A stretch of 63,393 nucleotides of DNA, the filler included, from Sphacelaria rigidula (taxonomy: Eukaryota): the NCBI GenBank assembly GCA_964200075.2. It is 6 parts of 6 records of this genome, joined end to end, with 100 filler letters (N's around TTAATTAATTAA, not from the genome) between each part and the next. Parts side by side here need not be neighbours in the genome. Positions count along the whole stretch, not along the records: positions 1 to 10,483 come from CAXNAA020006419.1; positions 10,584 to 21,066 come from CAXNAA020006420.1; 4 more parts are not named here. The stretch is one strand, 5' to 3'. The notes below the pieces were generated by a model. That model was given only the letters and a program-made list of their open reading frames with translations. It was not told where the DNA came from and made no database searches. The position numbers were made by a program, and so were the translations under genes. Positions 1 through 12,563 of this stretch are shown here, piece after piece. Every line of letters begins with the position of its first letter. Within the stretch, counting starts at the first letter, position 1.

Positions 1-304
1 CGAGCCAGTCGGAGGACAATTGGTGAGCGGGGGGGCTAAACATTCACAAGGGCGCGAGCCTCTGGGGAGAATCGGCGTCATCACCAGGCGAGATATGCAC
101 AACGGTGCCCAGACTCGTGGAGGGACGCTTCCGCACGATGGTTCTCCGCAGGGTGGTACACTGCCGGAGCAACTCGTGACACACCCACGGGACGGATTTG
201 GCGAACACACGGTGACACGGCTCGCAGAACCATCGCTACCCCATTATCATCGACACTCACTTCATGGTGACGTGTGTACGCATGGCAACCCACAACTACA
301 GGAA

Positions 305-441
305 ACAACAACAACAACAACAACAACAACGACAACACCATCAACAACAACATCAACAACAACATCATTATCATCATAATTAACAACAACGACTACGATT
401 ACTACCACTACTGCTGCTACCGCTGCTGCTGCCGCTGCTAC
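305..441. repeat. Degenerate compound microsatellite (ACA)n-(TAC)n-(GCT)n inside Copia copy A
   Basis: Directly visible; orthologous to 5077-5251. Confidence 0.9.
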
Positions 442-1508
442 AAGGTTCGAGTCGGAGTGCTGGGCTGGAAACAAGTCCCCGGTTTTGGTTGCGTCAGTTA
501 TTCCGATCTGCAGGATTCAGCGTATTCGCATGATGTCGGGGGTAGTTTGGGGGTACAACCCGGAGCGGTGGCAGACTGACAACAAGGTGCTGGAAATAAT
601 CAAACACAAACTAATGGGACGTCTTTTTATGACGGGCATGGGAGATGTATCGTTAGTGGGAATGGAGGCTGTCCGTGACCGTAATAGAAAGATAGTCAAC
701 ACAAGCCACACGAATTACAACAAGTTTCTCCAGGAATAATACGAGACAGCGAACTGCAACCCGGCGTGCACTCCTGGGGCGGGACAAGCACTGTCACTGG
801 ACCAGCCGAGGGACAAAATACTCAACGAGGAGGATAAACAGTGCTTCCAGCCCATCACAGGCAGTGTGGTGTATCTCGCTCGAGTGACCCGCTACGACAT
901 TGGATACGGCGTGAATCAACTGGCACGGGCGATGTCCAAACCGTCGAACGCGCATGCGGCAGCTGAAAAACACTTACTTCGGTATTTGGCCGGCATTACG
1001 GACCATGGCATCACCTACAACCAAGGTGGTCTCCAATTGACGGCTTTTTCAGAGGCGAATTGGGGCAACAACCCCGACAACGGGATATCAACATCATCAT
1101 ATCTTCCCTTTCGCTCAAATATCTTCGTCAGTTTTAAGGTATGACTACAAGGATTAACGACGCAATCGATGATGGAAGCAAAACTCGTGGCCGCTGCACT
1201 CACCGTGAAGGAAGGCATATTTTGCTCGATCATGATGCGGGAAATGGGGTTTTGCACGCGCTTCGACTCTGCTCCGGTCTAGATCGACAACACTTCAACT
1301 CTCCACGTCGCAGGCAACCGAACTTACCGCTCGAGAGTCAAGCACGTAGCTCTACGGTACCTCTTCATTCAGGAAGTAGTCAAGGAGGGAAGGATCGGCA
1401 TTCGTTACGTCAAGACCGAAGACCAACTCGCAGACATACGGACCAAGTACCTCAGCAAACACAGGCATCGCCATCTCGTCAAGCTGAACAGCACATTCAA
1501 CATATGAC
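440..1508 (+). pseudogene. Copia reverse transcriptase C-terminus/RNase H, copy A (stops, frameshifts, internal deletion)
   Basis: ORF 866-1144 plus downstream out-of-ORF RVKHVALRY and YVKTEDQLADI motifs; in-frame stops near 1142 and 1279. Confidence 0.88.
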
Positions 1509-1650
1509 TACAGCCTGGTTGTAGCTTTGAGTTCATATTTCGTCCTTGAGTGCCGGGACGGTTGTACTGATGTGAGTGTTTGAAACTAGTACGTATTTGC
1601 ATGAAGGGGCAGTGTGAAGGGTTAAGAGTTATACTTGCGTTGAGGGGGAG

Positions 1651-1984
1651 TGTTAGAAAATGAGGCTGTGGTGCCATGCTCTTCAACGCTTCGTATGGTA
1701 TTAACTTTATATATATGTAGTGTTGGGATCGCAGGTACCGGTCACGAAGGTTTGGTCTGATGTGGGGGCGTATAATGTGGGATTGCAGCTGTGATACATG
1801 AAGCACTCTCCTCGGTTGACCGTTGAACACGGTGGGTTGTTTGAACTGTCTTGCCCGCAAGAGACGCCTTGAACATCATCTTCTGTCTACACTCCAAAGC
1901 AGCGTGTCTGCTTGCTTGGCTTAAGTGCCATTGCGCCAACTCTAGCGATCACGTCAAAGGGATCATCGCGACACTTTTCTAACA
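1651..1984 (+). repeat. Copia LTR (334 bp), shared 3' LTR of copy A and 5' LTR of copy B
   Basis: Begins TGTTAGAAAA and ends TTTTCTAACA (10-bp inverted termini); preceded by PPT, followed by PBS; direct repeat of 6464-6797. Confidence 0.95.
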
Positions 1985-1997
1985 GGTTTAATGAGCC
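1985..1997 (+). promoter_or_regulatory. Copia primer-binding site (GGTTATGGGCC-type, internal tRNA-iMet half)
   Basis: GGTTTAATGAGCC immediately after the terminal CA of the LTR. Confidence 0.65.
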
Positions 1998-2699
1998 TTG
2001 TCGCTGGCGTGTACGGAGCCAACTTTGGAAGAAGGAAGACAGCAGCAAAAGTAAGGATCTTTGCTGGAAAACAACGTGAGTTGAGTCAACGTAAAGACGG
2101 CACTACACCTGTGTGGATCTGGCACTGGCACTGCGACAGTGTGTCACGAAGTGAGGACGGCACTTTTCTGTGCGCACCTGGTAATATATGTGATTTTGAA
2201 AAAGCGGGATAATCGTAGAATACGGTACGGTAGTAACCCTGCAACAGCGACGGCACGCATCTGTCCTCGTCTGGCGCTACAGCTGGAGACCACAACCGGA
2301 ACTGAGTAGTGTGTGTGATCTATGTTTGGAAGATAAATCGACAACAGCGTGCCTGACATCACGGCTGACCTGGGGAAACAGTCTGTAGTCGGATCCTTTT
2401 GGGGGGAAAATTGTAAGCGTCTACTATGGAAGTGCACAGCCGCTGCGCCGAATGTAACATCCTGTATCAATATCTTGACGAGACGAGTCCGGGGACCAGA
2501 GTTAAGTGGCATCTTCGGAGGACGCTGCGGCGGTGGGGGACCTTTCCCATTGCTGCTCAGCTGCGTACATTTGATTTTGCGCTACCGACAACTCAAGCGG
2601 CGTTGAGCAAGCCGATTGTGTGGTGGGGAACCTACACCTGAACACCGTTTATCTTCACTCGTGACGTTCGAGCACAGCAACAAACAGGATTCACATGGC

Positions 2700-3960
2700 G
2701 GGTAATGAGGGTATTCGAGGGGTACTGAAACTCTGTCCAAAGCTTGATGGCAGAGACAAAGCGAGATTCCTGGAATTCAAAGATAAACTCTGGGTAATCC
2801 TGTCCGTTCACCACCGTGCGGCCGCCGAAATCCTGTAGGGGCGGCAAAATCCAGGCCCACCGTAATCAATGATGACCAACCACCCTGTGATACGACAACT
2901 TCAGTGGCGCGGGACCGTGCAAACAATGATCTGTTTAGTATTCTGTTTTTTAGCACGGAAAAATCCGCAAACAGTACCGTCAGACGTCACATGCAAAAAC
3001 CCCACAGGATGGGATTGGGAACGGAAAAGCAGCATGGGCAGCGCTGCACAACAAATTTGACGGCAACAGCAAAGAGGCACGAAGAGAGTTCCACGACAAA
3101 CTCCACAACACAACGAGTCCGGAGATGATCCGGAAGACTTCCTGTTTATCATGGACGGCTACCGTGATCGCCTAGATGAAATTGGACAAGGGATACCCGA
3201 CGAGCGGTACGAGGACATTATCCTCCGAGCCCTGCCCGCCGAGTACGAAAGGGTTCGTGCTGCTAGCTGCGAAAGGCGTGATTTTAATTTGGCGGATCTT
3301 CGATACATGGTCAGCACCATGTATACCGACTATCTCTCTCGATCAGATGCCACCAACTTGGTCGCAGGTCGCGGGGTCGCCATGCAGGCCAGTGGAAGTC
3401 GTGATAGCTGCAGAAATCGCACAGTGTGTTTCCGCTGCGGAAAGCGAGGCCACGTCAAAATAACTTGGCCCGCTCGAAACGCGGCCCAAGCTCTGACAGG
3501 GGGAGACAAGAACAAGGGGACAAAAGGCAAGTGGTGCTCCTTCCACATGTCAACAACCCACAGCGACGAAGAGTGCCGTATCTTGCAACGGCGCAACCAG
3601 CAGGCAGCAAACAACCAGCAGGCAGCAAATCTCGCGCAATGGTCAAGTTACCCACCAGTCACCGATGCAAGGGAGCAGACCCCGGCCATTTCCTTCAATA
3701 CCTTAAAAGCGCCCAGAACACAAGATCTCCGGGAAACGGACAACCTTTGGCCGTTTGCTCCAACAAACGAACCCGTTGCTTCATTTGACAGCAGTGGACT
3801 TTTCCGTGCCTTCGAAGGGACGGACGGGACCGAGGAGGACGGGGGTCTGGAGTTCTGGCGCAGGGCTCACAGCATATTTAGGGGAATCAAGGAGGCACTC
3901 TCCCCGATAGTCCGTGCGCTGGCCGTAATAGCCGTGGTTCATTACGCCTGGTTGATGTTT
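2700..3960 (+). pseudogene. Copia gag (frameshifted) with zinc knuckles
   Basis: IILRALPAEYERV gag motif; CFRCGKRGHVKITW (degenerate CCHC); WCSFHMSTTHSDEEC second knuckle in ORF 3151-4107. Confidence 0.85.
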
Positions 3961-3998
3961 GGCTCGGGACGGGATCTGCTATCCGTCAAGCAAGCGAC

Positions 3999-4778
3999 AT
4001 GCAACGGGGTTGTGTCTATTTTCGAAAAAACAACTCAAGACTGGAGACAGACAACTCCACCGTTCCGCCACAGGAGCTGGAGAGTGACCTGTACTTCTTT
4101 TCTCTAGAAGTAAGCAGCGGCAACGACGCGCCTGGACTGGCTATGCAAGCTGCAGACGCCGCAACGCTGTGGCGTCGGTGGATGGGGCACTTGAACAGCA
4201 ACAGTTTGAACCTCCTCAAAACCGTCGAAAGTAACGGGGTGGACTTCGGTGGATCTGTCCCAGACTGGAATATTCATCCTGTTGGGAAAAGCCATCAACT
4301 GGTCCATCCGGAGACAGCCTATAACAAAGTACAACGCACCTTGCAACTGGTCATGACCATGGGTGGGACCGGCGGCGTTCGGCTCGAACGACTCAGGGGA
4401 GACAAAGGGGTTGACTTTATTGGCAACGATTTCAGAACGTACTGCTGGCAGACAGGCATATTGCTAGAGTTTGCGAGCACCAGTACACCACAACAAATCG
4501 GCCTGTCAGAACGCGTAGGGAGGACGCTTGCAGCCATGGTCCGGTGCATGCTTGCCGACAGCGGTTTACCGATCTTTCCCTGGGGTGAATCAAAGCTCAG
4601 GACATCCTACCGTGTAAACAGGGCACCACACTCCTGGCTAAGAATGCAGCGTCCGCACAAGATGCTGCAGGGGAGAAAACCAGATCAAAGACATCCTCGA
4701 GTCATTGAGGCCAAGGCGTTCGTCCACACGATGGGAGCACTCAGAAATTATCTCCCGAGCCAGTCGGAGGACGATTAG
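3999..4778 (+). pseudogene. Copia GAG-pre-integrase and partial rve integrase
   Basis: LWRRWMGHLN; RLRGDKGVDF; TPQQIGLSERVGRTLAAMVRCMLADSGLP; region of the first catalytic Asp deleted. Confidence 0.9.
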
Positions 4779-5076
4779 TTAGCGGGGGCGCTAATCATTC
4801 ATAAGGGGGCGAGCTTCTGGGGAGAATCGACGTCATCACCAGGCGAGATATGCACAACGGTGCCCCGACTCGTGGAGGGACGCTTCCGCACGATGGTTCT
4901 CCGCAGAGTGGTACACTGCTGGAGCAACTCGTGACACATCCACGGGACGGATTTGGCGAACACACGATGACACGGCTCGCAGAACCATCGCTACCCCATT
5001 ATCATCGACACTCACTCCATGGTGACGTGTGTACGCATGGCAACCCGCAAGTACAGGAAACAAGAACCACGATGGC

Positions 5077-5250
<174 letters not shown>

Positions 5251-5251
<1 letters not shown>

Positions 5252-6320
5252 ACAAGGTTCGAGTCGGAGTGCTGGGCTGGAAACAAGTCCCCGGTTTTGG
5301 TTGCGTCAGTTACTCCGATCTTCAGGACTCAACACATTCGCATGATATCGGGGATAGTTTGGGGGGTACAACCCGGAGCGGTGGCAGACTGACGACAAGG
5401 TGCTGGAAATAATCAAACACAAACTAATGGGACGTCATTTTATGACGGGCATGGGAGATGTATCGTTAGTGGGAATGGAGGCTGTCCGTGACCGTAATAG
5501 CAAGATAGTCAACACCAGTCACACGAATTACAACAAGTCTTTCCAGGAATAATGCGAGATAGCGAAATGCAACCCGGCGTGCACTCCTGGGGCGGGACAA
5601 GCACTGTCACTGGACCAGCCGAGGGACAAAATACTCAACGAGGAGGACAAACAGCGCTTCCAGCCCATCACAGGCAGTGTGATGCATCTCGCTCGAGTGA
5701 CCCGCAACGACATTGGATACGGCGTGAATCAACTGGCACGGGCGATATCCAAACCGTCGAACGCGCATGCGACAGCTGCAGAACACTTACTTCGGTATTT
5801 GACCGGCATTACGGACCATGGCATCACCTACAACCAGGGTGGTTTCCACTTGACGGCTTTTTCAGAGGCAAACTGGGGCAACAACCCCGACAACGGGAAA
5901 TCAACATCATCATATCATTTCTTTCGCTCAAATGGCTTCGTTAATTTTAAGGTAGGACTACAAGGATTAACGGCGCAATCGATGATGGAAGCAGAACTCG
6001 TCGCCGCTGCACTCACCGTGAAGGAAGGCATATTTTGCTCGAATATGATGCAGGAAATGGGATTTGGCACACGCCTCGACTCTGTTCCGGTCTACATCGA
6101 CAACACTTCAACTCTCCACGTCGCAGGCAACCGAACTTACAGCTCGAGAGTCAAGCACGTAGCTCTACGGTACTTCTTCAGTCAGGAAGTAGTCAAGGAG
6201 GGAAGGATCGGCATTCGTTACGTCAAGACCGAAGACCAACTCGCAGACATACGGACCAAGTACCTCAGCAAACACAGGCACCGCCATCTCGTCAAGCTGA
6301 TCAGCACATTCAACATATGA
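5251..6320 (+). pseudogene. Copia RT (partial)/RNase H, copy B
   Basis: ORF 5679-6320: AFSEANWG, QSMMEAELVAA, VYIDNTSTL, RVKHVALRYFF, QLADIRTK. Confidence 0.92.
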
Positions 6321-6463
6321 GTACAGCTTGCTTGTAGCTCTGAGTTCTTATTCCTTCCTTGAGTGCCGGGACGGTTGTACTGATGTGAGTGTTTGAAACT
6401 AGTACGTATTTGCATTAAGGGGCAGTGTGAAGGGTTAAGAGTTATACTTGCGTTGAGGGGGAG

Positions 6464-6797
6464 TGCTAGAACATGAGGCTGTGGAGCCATGCTCTTCAAC
6501 GCTTCGTACTCTATTGACTTTGTATATATGTAGTGTTGGGATCGCAGGTACCGGTCACGAAGGTTCGGTCTGATATGGGGGCGTATAATGTGGGATTGCA
6601 GCTGTGATACATAAAGCACTCTCCTCGGTTGACCGTTGAACACGGCGGGTTGTTTGAACTGTCTTGCCCGCAAGAGGCACCTTGAACATCATCTTCTGTC
6701 TACACTCCAAAGCAGCGTGTCTGCTTGCTTGGCTTAAGTGCCATTGCGCCAACTCTAGCGATCACGTCAAAGGGGTCATCGCGACACTTTTCTAACA
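6464..6797 (+). repeat. Copia 3' LTR (334 bp)
   Basis: TGCTAGAACA...TTTTCTAACA after PPT GAGGGGGAG (6455-6463); about 95% identical to 1651-1984 by eye. Confidence 0.95.
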
Positions 6798-9615
6798 GTC
6801 TCCACATGTGTTTGATCTCTCTCATACACACACCCCAGCTGGCCTGTGGCACGCTCTTGTGTTCGGGCGCCTGGATGGTCACAGGTCGGGTAAAATCAAC
6901 GATGAATAACACCCCCCAAGTTCAAATTGGAGCCGTTCTTATTGCCGCAGCACCGCCCTTGCTGGCATGTGTGTGACAGAGAATAGTAGCAGCGGTGGCG
7001 GGAACATTGCCCTGTTTTTCAACGACATGTTCTGCAGCGCACAGAGGCGCGTCCTGTCTAAAAGGAGAGGCAGAGAGAAATCGATATTCGCATTGGTGAG
7101 CTCCACAGGCAAGAAGAGACGAAATCTCTTCGCACCTCGATGTTATGGTACATGGTAAAATTGGGGATATGCTGGTAACATGCATGATGCCCGTCTCTCG
7201 AGCGATTGGTGATCGCCGAGCGAGGACACACAAAGGACACAGGCGAGGAGCTTCCTCTCTGTCGTTGCTTCTCTCTTTGGTGATATCGTCATCGACACGC
7301 GTGTACACCGCATTCGTTGGGTGCATCTAGCCACAACTGATTCACTGCTGCAGAGTTTTGGGGGGAAATATGGTTTCGCTCTGTGTGACTGTTTCGCGTT
7401 ATCCCTGCAAAACCGATATGCCACTTGAGCCTCATTCTAGAGATCGACCCTATTTTACAGGATCCACTATTTACCGCTTGCTACATGAGATGTACATCAC
7501 CTAATGCGCACCCTGCACCTGAAGATAGAGTGGATAAACTTTCGGTCTCTCTCATAACCCTGCGGTTACATACGCGGATATTTAGCAAAATGCCACTGTT
7601 TAGTGCAGTCACCAGACACGTCAGCCTCATTGGTCGTTCTGGAGGCCCCGTCCCAAAGGGGTTAATTTTCCTCCACAACGTGCAATGACTCGAGTGATTG
7701 CTCTGTTAATTTGTTTCCACAACGAGCGATGACTCGGGTGCTCACCCTATTAGTTTGTTTTCACAACGAGCAACGATTCGAGTGCTCGCCCCATGAGTTT
7801 GTTTCCACAACGAGCAATGACTCGAGTGCTTGCCCTATTCATGTTTTGCGCAACGAGCGATGACTCGAGTGCTCACCCTATTCATTTTTACGGCCAACGA
7901 GCAGCCCAACGAGTGCGAATGCCGCGAGTCACACTCGTGCTCGTCCGACGTATGAAAGATTTGCAGCATGACAGTTTTGTACCGCGATCAATAACGATAG
8001 TTTTCACATCCTTTATTATTCAACGAATATTAACGCGGAGCGTGCTACGATTCGGGGAAGCTGACCGGACGGCACCGATGCTACTTCTCTGGTGTGGTGA
8101 TGACATATGACGGTACTACTCCTTTCCTTGGTCCTTCACCTATATATCCAACCCTATATTTTCCCCTCCTATCTCTTTTTCTGTTTCATGTAAGTCTTGA
8201 AAAAATGAAGAGGCATACGACCCTGTAGGTGGAGGTTAGAGTTCCGTACTGGTTCAATCGTCTCGTCGAGAAGTCATTGCCTGACCTATTACTTGGCTCT
8301 TAATTGATTATGCATGTACCCGATTGAGCGAAACCCCTTTCCAAACAGATTTTGGTGTCTTCGCCGCAAAGGTGAGCCACTAACAGCGGAGCCTACGTTT
8401 TGGGGCTAATCTCTAAAATGGGCTTCGAGTGGCACATCGTTTTTGCAGGGATGACGCGAAACCGTTACACGGAGCGAAACCATGCCCCCCCCCAAACATC
8501 TGCAGCAGTTAAGCAGTTGTGGCCAGGTGCACCGAACTAATGCGGTGTACACGCTGTCCAGAGATTGGTGCCTGCCCCGGAAGCTTGTTCACAATGAATG
8601 AAGAAGAAATGGAATATTCGGAAACACAAAAGAGTGACCCTTGACGGGATGAACAACTGCCACCTACAACGGCAACAACCACACATTAAGCCAAGCTCCC
8701 ACGGGCCATACAAATGTCCCGCGGCGGGGTATTCTCAGTCTATTATATCTCCCGCGGGCCAGACAAAATGTCCCGCAGGACATTCTCGGCCTTGTTCTAG
8801 ATGAGGTTCATTTCTACTGAAACTTCCCAAGAAACATATCTTACAATACCCCGAAAAATATTTGCGGATGTATAATTGACCAATAAACAGTGGATCCTGG
8901 AAACTGGGGTCGATCTCTAGAATGAGGTTCAAAATTGGCATATCGGTTTTGCAGGGATAACGCGAAACAGTCACACAGAGCGAAAGCATCTCCACCCCAA
9001 AACTCTGCAGCAGTGAATCAGGTGTGGCTGGGTGCACGCAACGGATGCGGTGTACACGCGTGTCGATGGCGATATCACCAAAGAGAGAAGCAACGACAGA
9101 GAGGAAGCTCCTCGCCCGCGTCCTTTGTGTGTCCTCGCTCGGCGATCACCAATCGCTCGAGAGACGGGCATCATGCATGTTACCAGCCCGCACCGAATTT
9201 CTCATGTGCCGGTAGGTATGTTATTATATTGCTGCGCACAGCCCCCCACAAAACATCGAGATGCGGAGAGATTTCATCTCTTCTTGCCTGTGGAGCTCAT
9301 CAATGCGAATATCGATTTCTCTCTGCCTCTCGTTTTGGACAGGACGCGCCTCTGTGCGCTGCAGAACATGTCGTTGAAAAACAGGGCAGCGTTCCCGTCA
9401 CCGCTACTACTATTCTCTGTCACACACATGCCAGCAAGGACGGTGCGCTGCGGCAAAAATAACAGATCCAATTTGAACTTGGGGGGGGGGGGGGTGTTGT
9501 TCATTGTTGATTTTACCCGACTTGGCATAGGTGACCATCCAGGTGCCCGATCACAAGAGCCTGCCACGAGCCAGTTGGGGTGTGTGTGAGAGAGAGATCA
9601 AGCACTTGTGGAGAC
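6798..9615. repeat. Long inverted repeat, arms ~6798-7473 and ~8884-9615, with a third partial copy at ~8429-8553
   Basis: Arms are reverse complements (ORF 6922-7326 minus resembles ORF 9032-9589 plus; GTCTCCACATGTGTTTGATC vs GATCAAGCACTTGTGGAGAC). Confidence 0.92.
7677..7900. repeat. Minisatellite, ~44-bp unit x ~5 (AACGAGCRATGACTCGAGTGCTCACCCTATTAGTTTGTTTCCAC)
   Basis: Five head-to-tail diverged units visible. Confidence 0.88.
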
Positions 9616-9798
9616 CTCCTTGACATGTGGGATGAAGAAGGATACCTATTGTGGCGACCTAACTGTTGCTAGCGAGGTGCAGAGGGGTGCGTCAACGCTG
9701 CAATCTGGAGTTTTCGTTGCTCTACTCTACTGACTGCCATCCGCAGAGAGGTTACACACGGCAAAAACATGTATATTATGTGCCGAGCTTTGGAACAG

Positions 9799-10483
9799 CT
9801 ATAGAAAAAAACAGGTTAATTTTCTAAACGACGTCGACATGATTGAAATGATTCTTGTTACCTGCGGAACTGTGACTTCCCCGTCGTCCCGCCAGGTATG
9901 AAAGAACGACGGCAGAGGTTTTGCGAGTGCATGTAACACCCACGGGGGAACAGAGTTTTTCCTGCATAAAAATCCCCATTTCCCTACCTGCGAACAATTT
10001 TATGCCCGTTACTTTCTAGTAAGAACGTTGAGGTGTCGATTTCTGTTCGGTTCTCTACGGATTGGCGGATGCCAATGCCAGCAAAGTTCGGTAGTGCTAT
10101 TCGACTGTATCTTCGCAGGTTTGGCCTAACCCTAAACGGCCACTTTTCCTCAGGTAACACGAGTCATTTCAATCATGTGGCCATGGTTTGAGTCATCCTA
10201 CGATAGGAAGGGGCTATTGTGGGCCACTTCTTGCACGAAATTCCAAGTCAAATCGTCCTTGAAAGGAGAAACGGTTGCTCGAACGAGCTTGTTATAGATA
10301 TATAACGCTCGTTTATACGGATTGACAGCGTTTTGAACCAAGTACAAGCGCACCGCGAGGAGTGTGGCAGGTCGTCTGACACACTTTTGAGTCTCTTTTT
10401 TCGTGCACTCAAATACCCCCCCCCCCCCCGCCCCCCTATCGTAGGATGACTCGTTCAGAAAATTAACCTGTTTTTTTCTATAG
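9799..10483. mobile_element. MITE-like element with ~65-bp TIRs (CTATAGAAAAAAACAGGTTAATTTTC...), right TIR interrupted by a second MITE
   Basis: 9799-9865 is the reverse complement of 10151-10189 joined to 10453-10483. Confidence 0.8.
10190..10452. mobile_element. MITE family B (TIR GAGTCATCCTACGATAGG), probable 4-bp TSD
   Basis: Perfect 18-bp TIR; flanks GTTT/GTTC; related copies at 27572-27820 and 52402-52787. Confidence 0.9.
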
Positions 10484-10583
10484 NNNNNNNNNNNNNNNNN
10501 NNNNNNNNNNNNNNNNNNNNNNNNNNNTTAATTAATTAANNNNNNNNNNNNNNNNNNNNNNNNNNNNNNNNNNNNNNNNNNNN
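10484..10583. other. Artificial scaffold linker (N44-TTAATTAATTAA-N44)
   Basis: 100-nt N run with a central six-frame-stop 12-mer; the same linker recurs every ~10.58 kb. Confidence 0.97.
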
Positions 10584-11149
10584 GTTTTAGGCTTGAGCCT
10601 CATCTCGAAGTTAAACCTCAATTCTCACAATTTGTTGTTATTTGTATGATATAGACCCATCTACATAACCTATGATATAGGTATATATTATATGAAATAT
10701 AATGTGTGAAATATAGGATATGAAATATACTATATGAAATATAGTGTATGAAATATAATGTATAAAATATAATGTATAAAATATTATACATAAAATATAA
10801 TGCATGACATATATATTTATATTGTTAAGTTAATTAAATGTTGATTGAGGATGGTTGGTTGGATGCTTGGTTGGATTTTATTTTTTGGACAAGGGAAAGA
10901 CAACATGTACATATATTATATATTAATATATATATATATATATAAATAAATGGGTTAATCGATTGAGGATGGATGAATGGTTGGTTGGATGGATTTTATT
11001 TTTTGGGCAAGGGAAGGCCAATGATATAGTAAACGTTTTGAATAGATGGTTGTATTTAATTTTTGGGCAAGGGAACGTCAAGCTCAAACCCGGAGTAAAT
11101 CGCGCTATCATTCGCAAATCTCGACGGGCTACCCGGTGAGGAGTCAAGC

Positions 11150-12260
11150 AGATCAGACTCAGCTGCACACAGAGAGGTCCTAAGGTACACTACCATGTGC
11201 AGAGAGGAAGCATGCCATGAGGCGTCAAAATCTAGTGATGAGGGTGCCGACCCACCCTGCATGCAATCGTACTTCGACCACCTTCCTTTACACCTAAACT
11301 GAGTGGTGAAATGAAGGCATTCCCCCGTACCCGAGGCTAAGTGGTACGAGACGCCCACCAAGGAGTACTTTGCACCGAGGGTGAAATTCATGGATGAGGC
11401 AGGCGGTCTACCCCCGACTCCTCGGAAAACGGACGACGATGTAAAGAGGAGACGATGAGGAGCCGTTTCAGACGTAAAAGGCACCAAAGTCCAGTGACAC
11501 ATACATAGAGATACCCACGCCACCAGCGCAAAAAGGGCAATGCGCCTCCTCCTGAATCGACAAATCCGAAGCGTTATCAGAAAACAGGAAGTTGATGATG
11601 CTTGCCTCTATCGTAGAGGCGGAGACGTGATCAGGTATGGTGATGGGGTCGCGTCCCTCAACCTTGCCATGTGCTCCGGGATCGTCTGCCGTTCGCTGTG
11701 ATCGTCGATTGGACAGTTGATGGTGTAGCGTCAATCAAGGCCGAAAACATGCCTCGTGTTGAGCACGAGCTGCTGTTGCATGTTTACGTTCGCAGGCCAA
11801 GGCTCTGGAGAGTTCTCGGGGGAGCGCTTGTTGCTGGCTTCCAAGACGGAAGCTACAGCTCCCATTTGAGATCCACGGCCAGGCAGCAAAGTGTGCTGAA
11901 AAATAACCTCCCTAGTCTGTACTGCGGCCTCCTGCGAGTAGATATATAAAAACGGAGAGCGGAAAGGGACGGTTGGTTTGAGGGGGTAGGGTGTAGCAAA
12001 ATGAAAGGCGATTTCGCAGGAAAGATGAAGATAGACAAGCCGCAAGAGATGCTCGCAATAAAATTCGGTCTTACCAAGACGTGATGCTCAAGCGGGGAGT
12101 TGTTGAACATAGCGTCGCGGATGAGGCCGACAGTGGCGAAGAGGGCGTTGGTTGCAGGTGTGCAGTTGTTCGGGCGGGGTTGATCGTCGAAGGCAGCGAT
12201 GGTCAAAGCGAGCGCCGAGTTGAAGAAGCAGTTGTTGTCTCTGTTGGGGATCAGGTGTGC
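11150..12260 (-). pseudogene. USP/peptidase C19-like cysteine protease domain at the RepHel C-terminus
   Basis: Cys box LIPNRDNNCFFNSALAL (~12205-12255); His box YSLVGVSYHLASGTGECLHFTTQFRCKGRWSKYDC and terminal HMVVYLR (~11180-11370); phase-0 intron 12074-11932. Confidence 0.75.
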
Positions 12261-12563
12261 GGTAGTCCTCGCTGTTCCCTCCCCGCCTCGCTGCTGGCTT
12301 CCCCTCCCGCGCCCCCCCCTTCTTGACGCGGATCCGCTGCCCCTACTGCCGTTGCGGCTCGGTGAGTCCGGTTCCTCTTCATCGTCGCTGCCGAGCTGTA
12401 AGGAAGCGGCACACGCGGTGAAGGTGCCGCGGTTCTCCCTGAAAGCGGCAAGGGTGTCTGCAGCCAGTCGGTCGAGGCACGCGATTAGCGCGAGGAGATC
12501 TTCGTCGCGCTTCTTGTTGAGATCTCGAAGCGTTACCGGGAACAGTAGCGCGATATCGTCGAG

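Larger units (their letters stand above)
1..1984 (+). mobile_element. Ty1/Copia LTR retrotransposon, copy A (5'-truncated by contig start; decayed RT/RNase H, PPT, 3' LTR)
   Basis: 1-1984 is collinear with 4756-6797; RT/RNase H remnants (YLARVTRYDIGYGVNQLARAMSKP, AFSEANWGNNPDNG); PPT GAGGGGGAG at 1642-1650 followed by the LTR. Confidence 0.93.

Noticed and set aside
7677-7900. 44-bp repeats as a CRISPR array
   Set aside because: Units are contiguous with no unique spacers; there are no cas genes and the context is eukaryotic.
10528-10539. TTAATTAATTAA as a biological palindrome or piggyBac target
   Set aside because: It is embedded in N runs and repeated identically five times, so it is an assembly linker.
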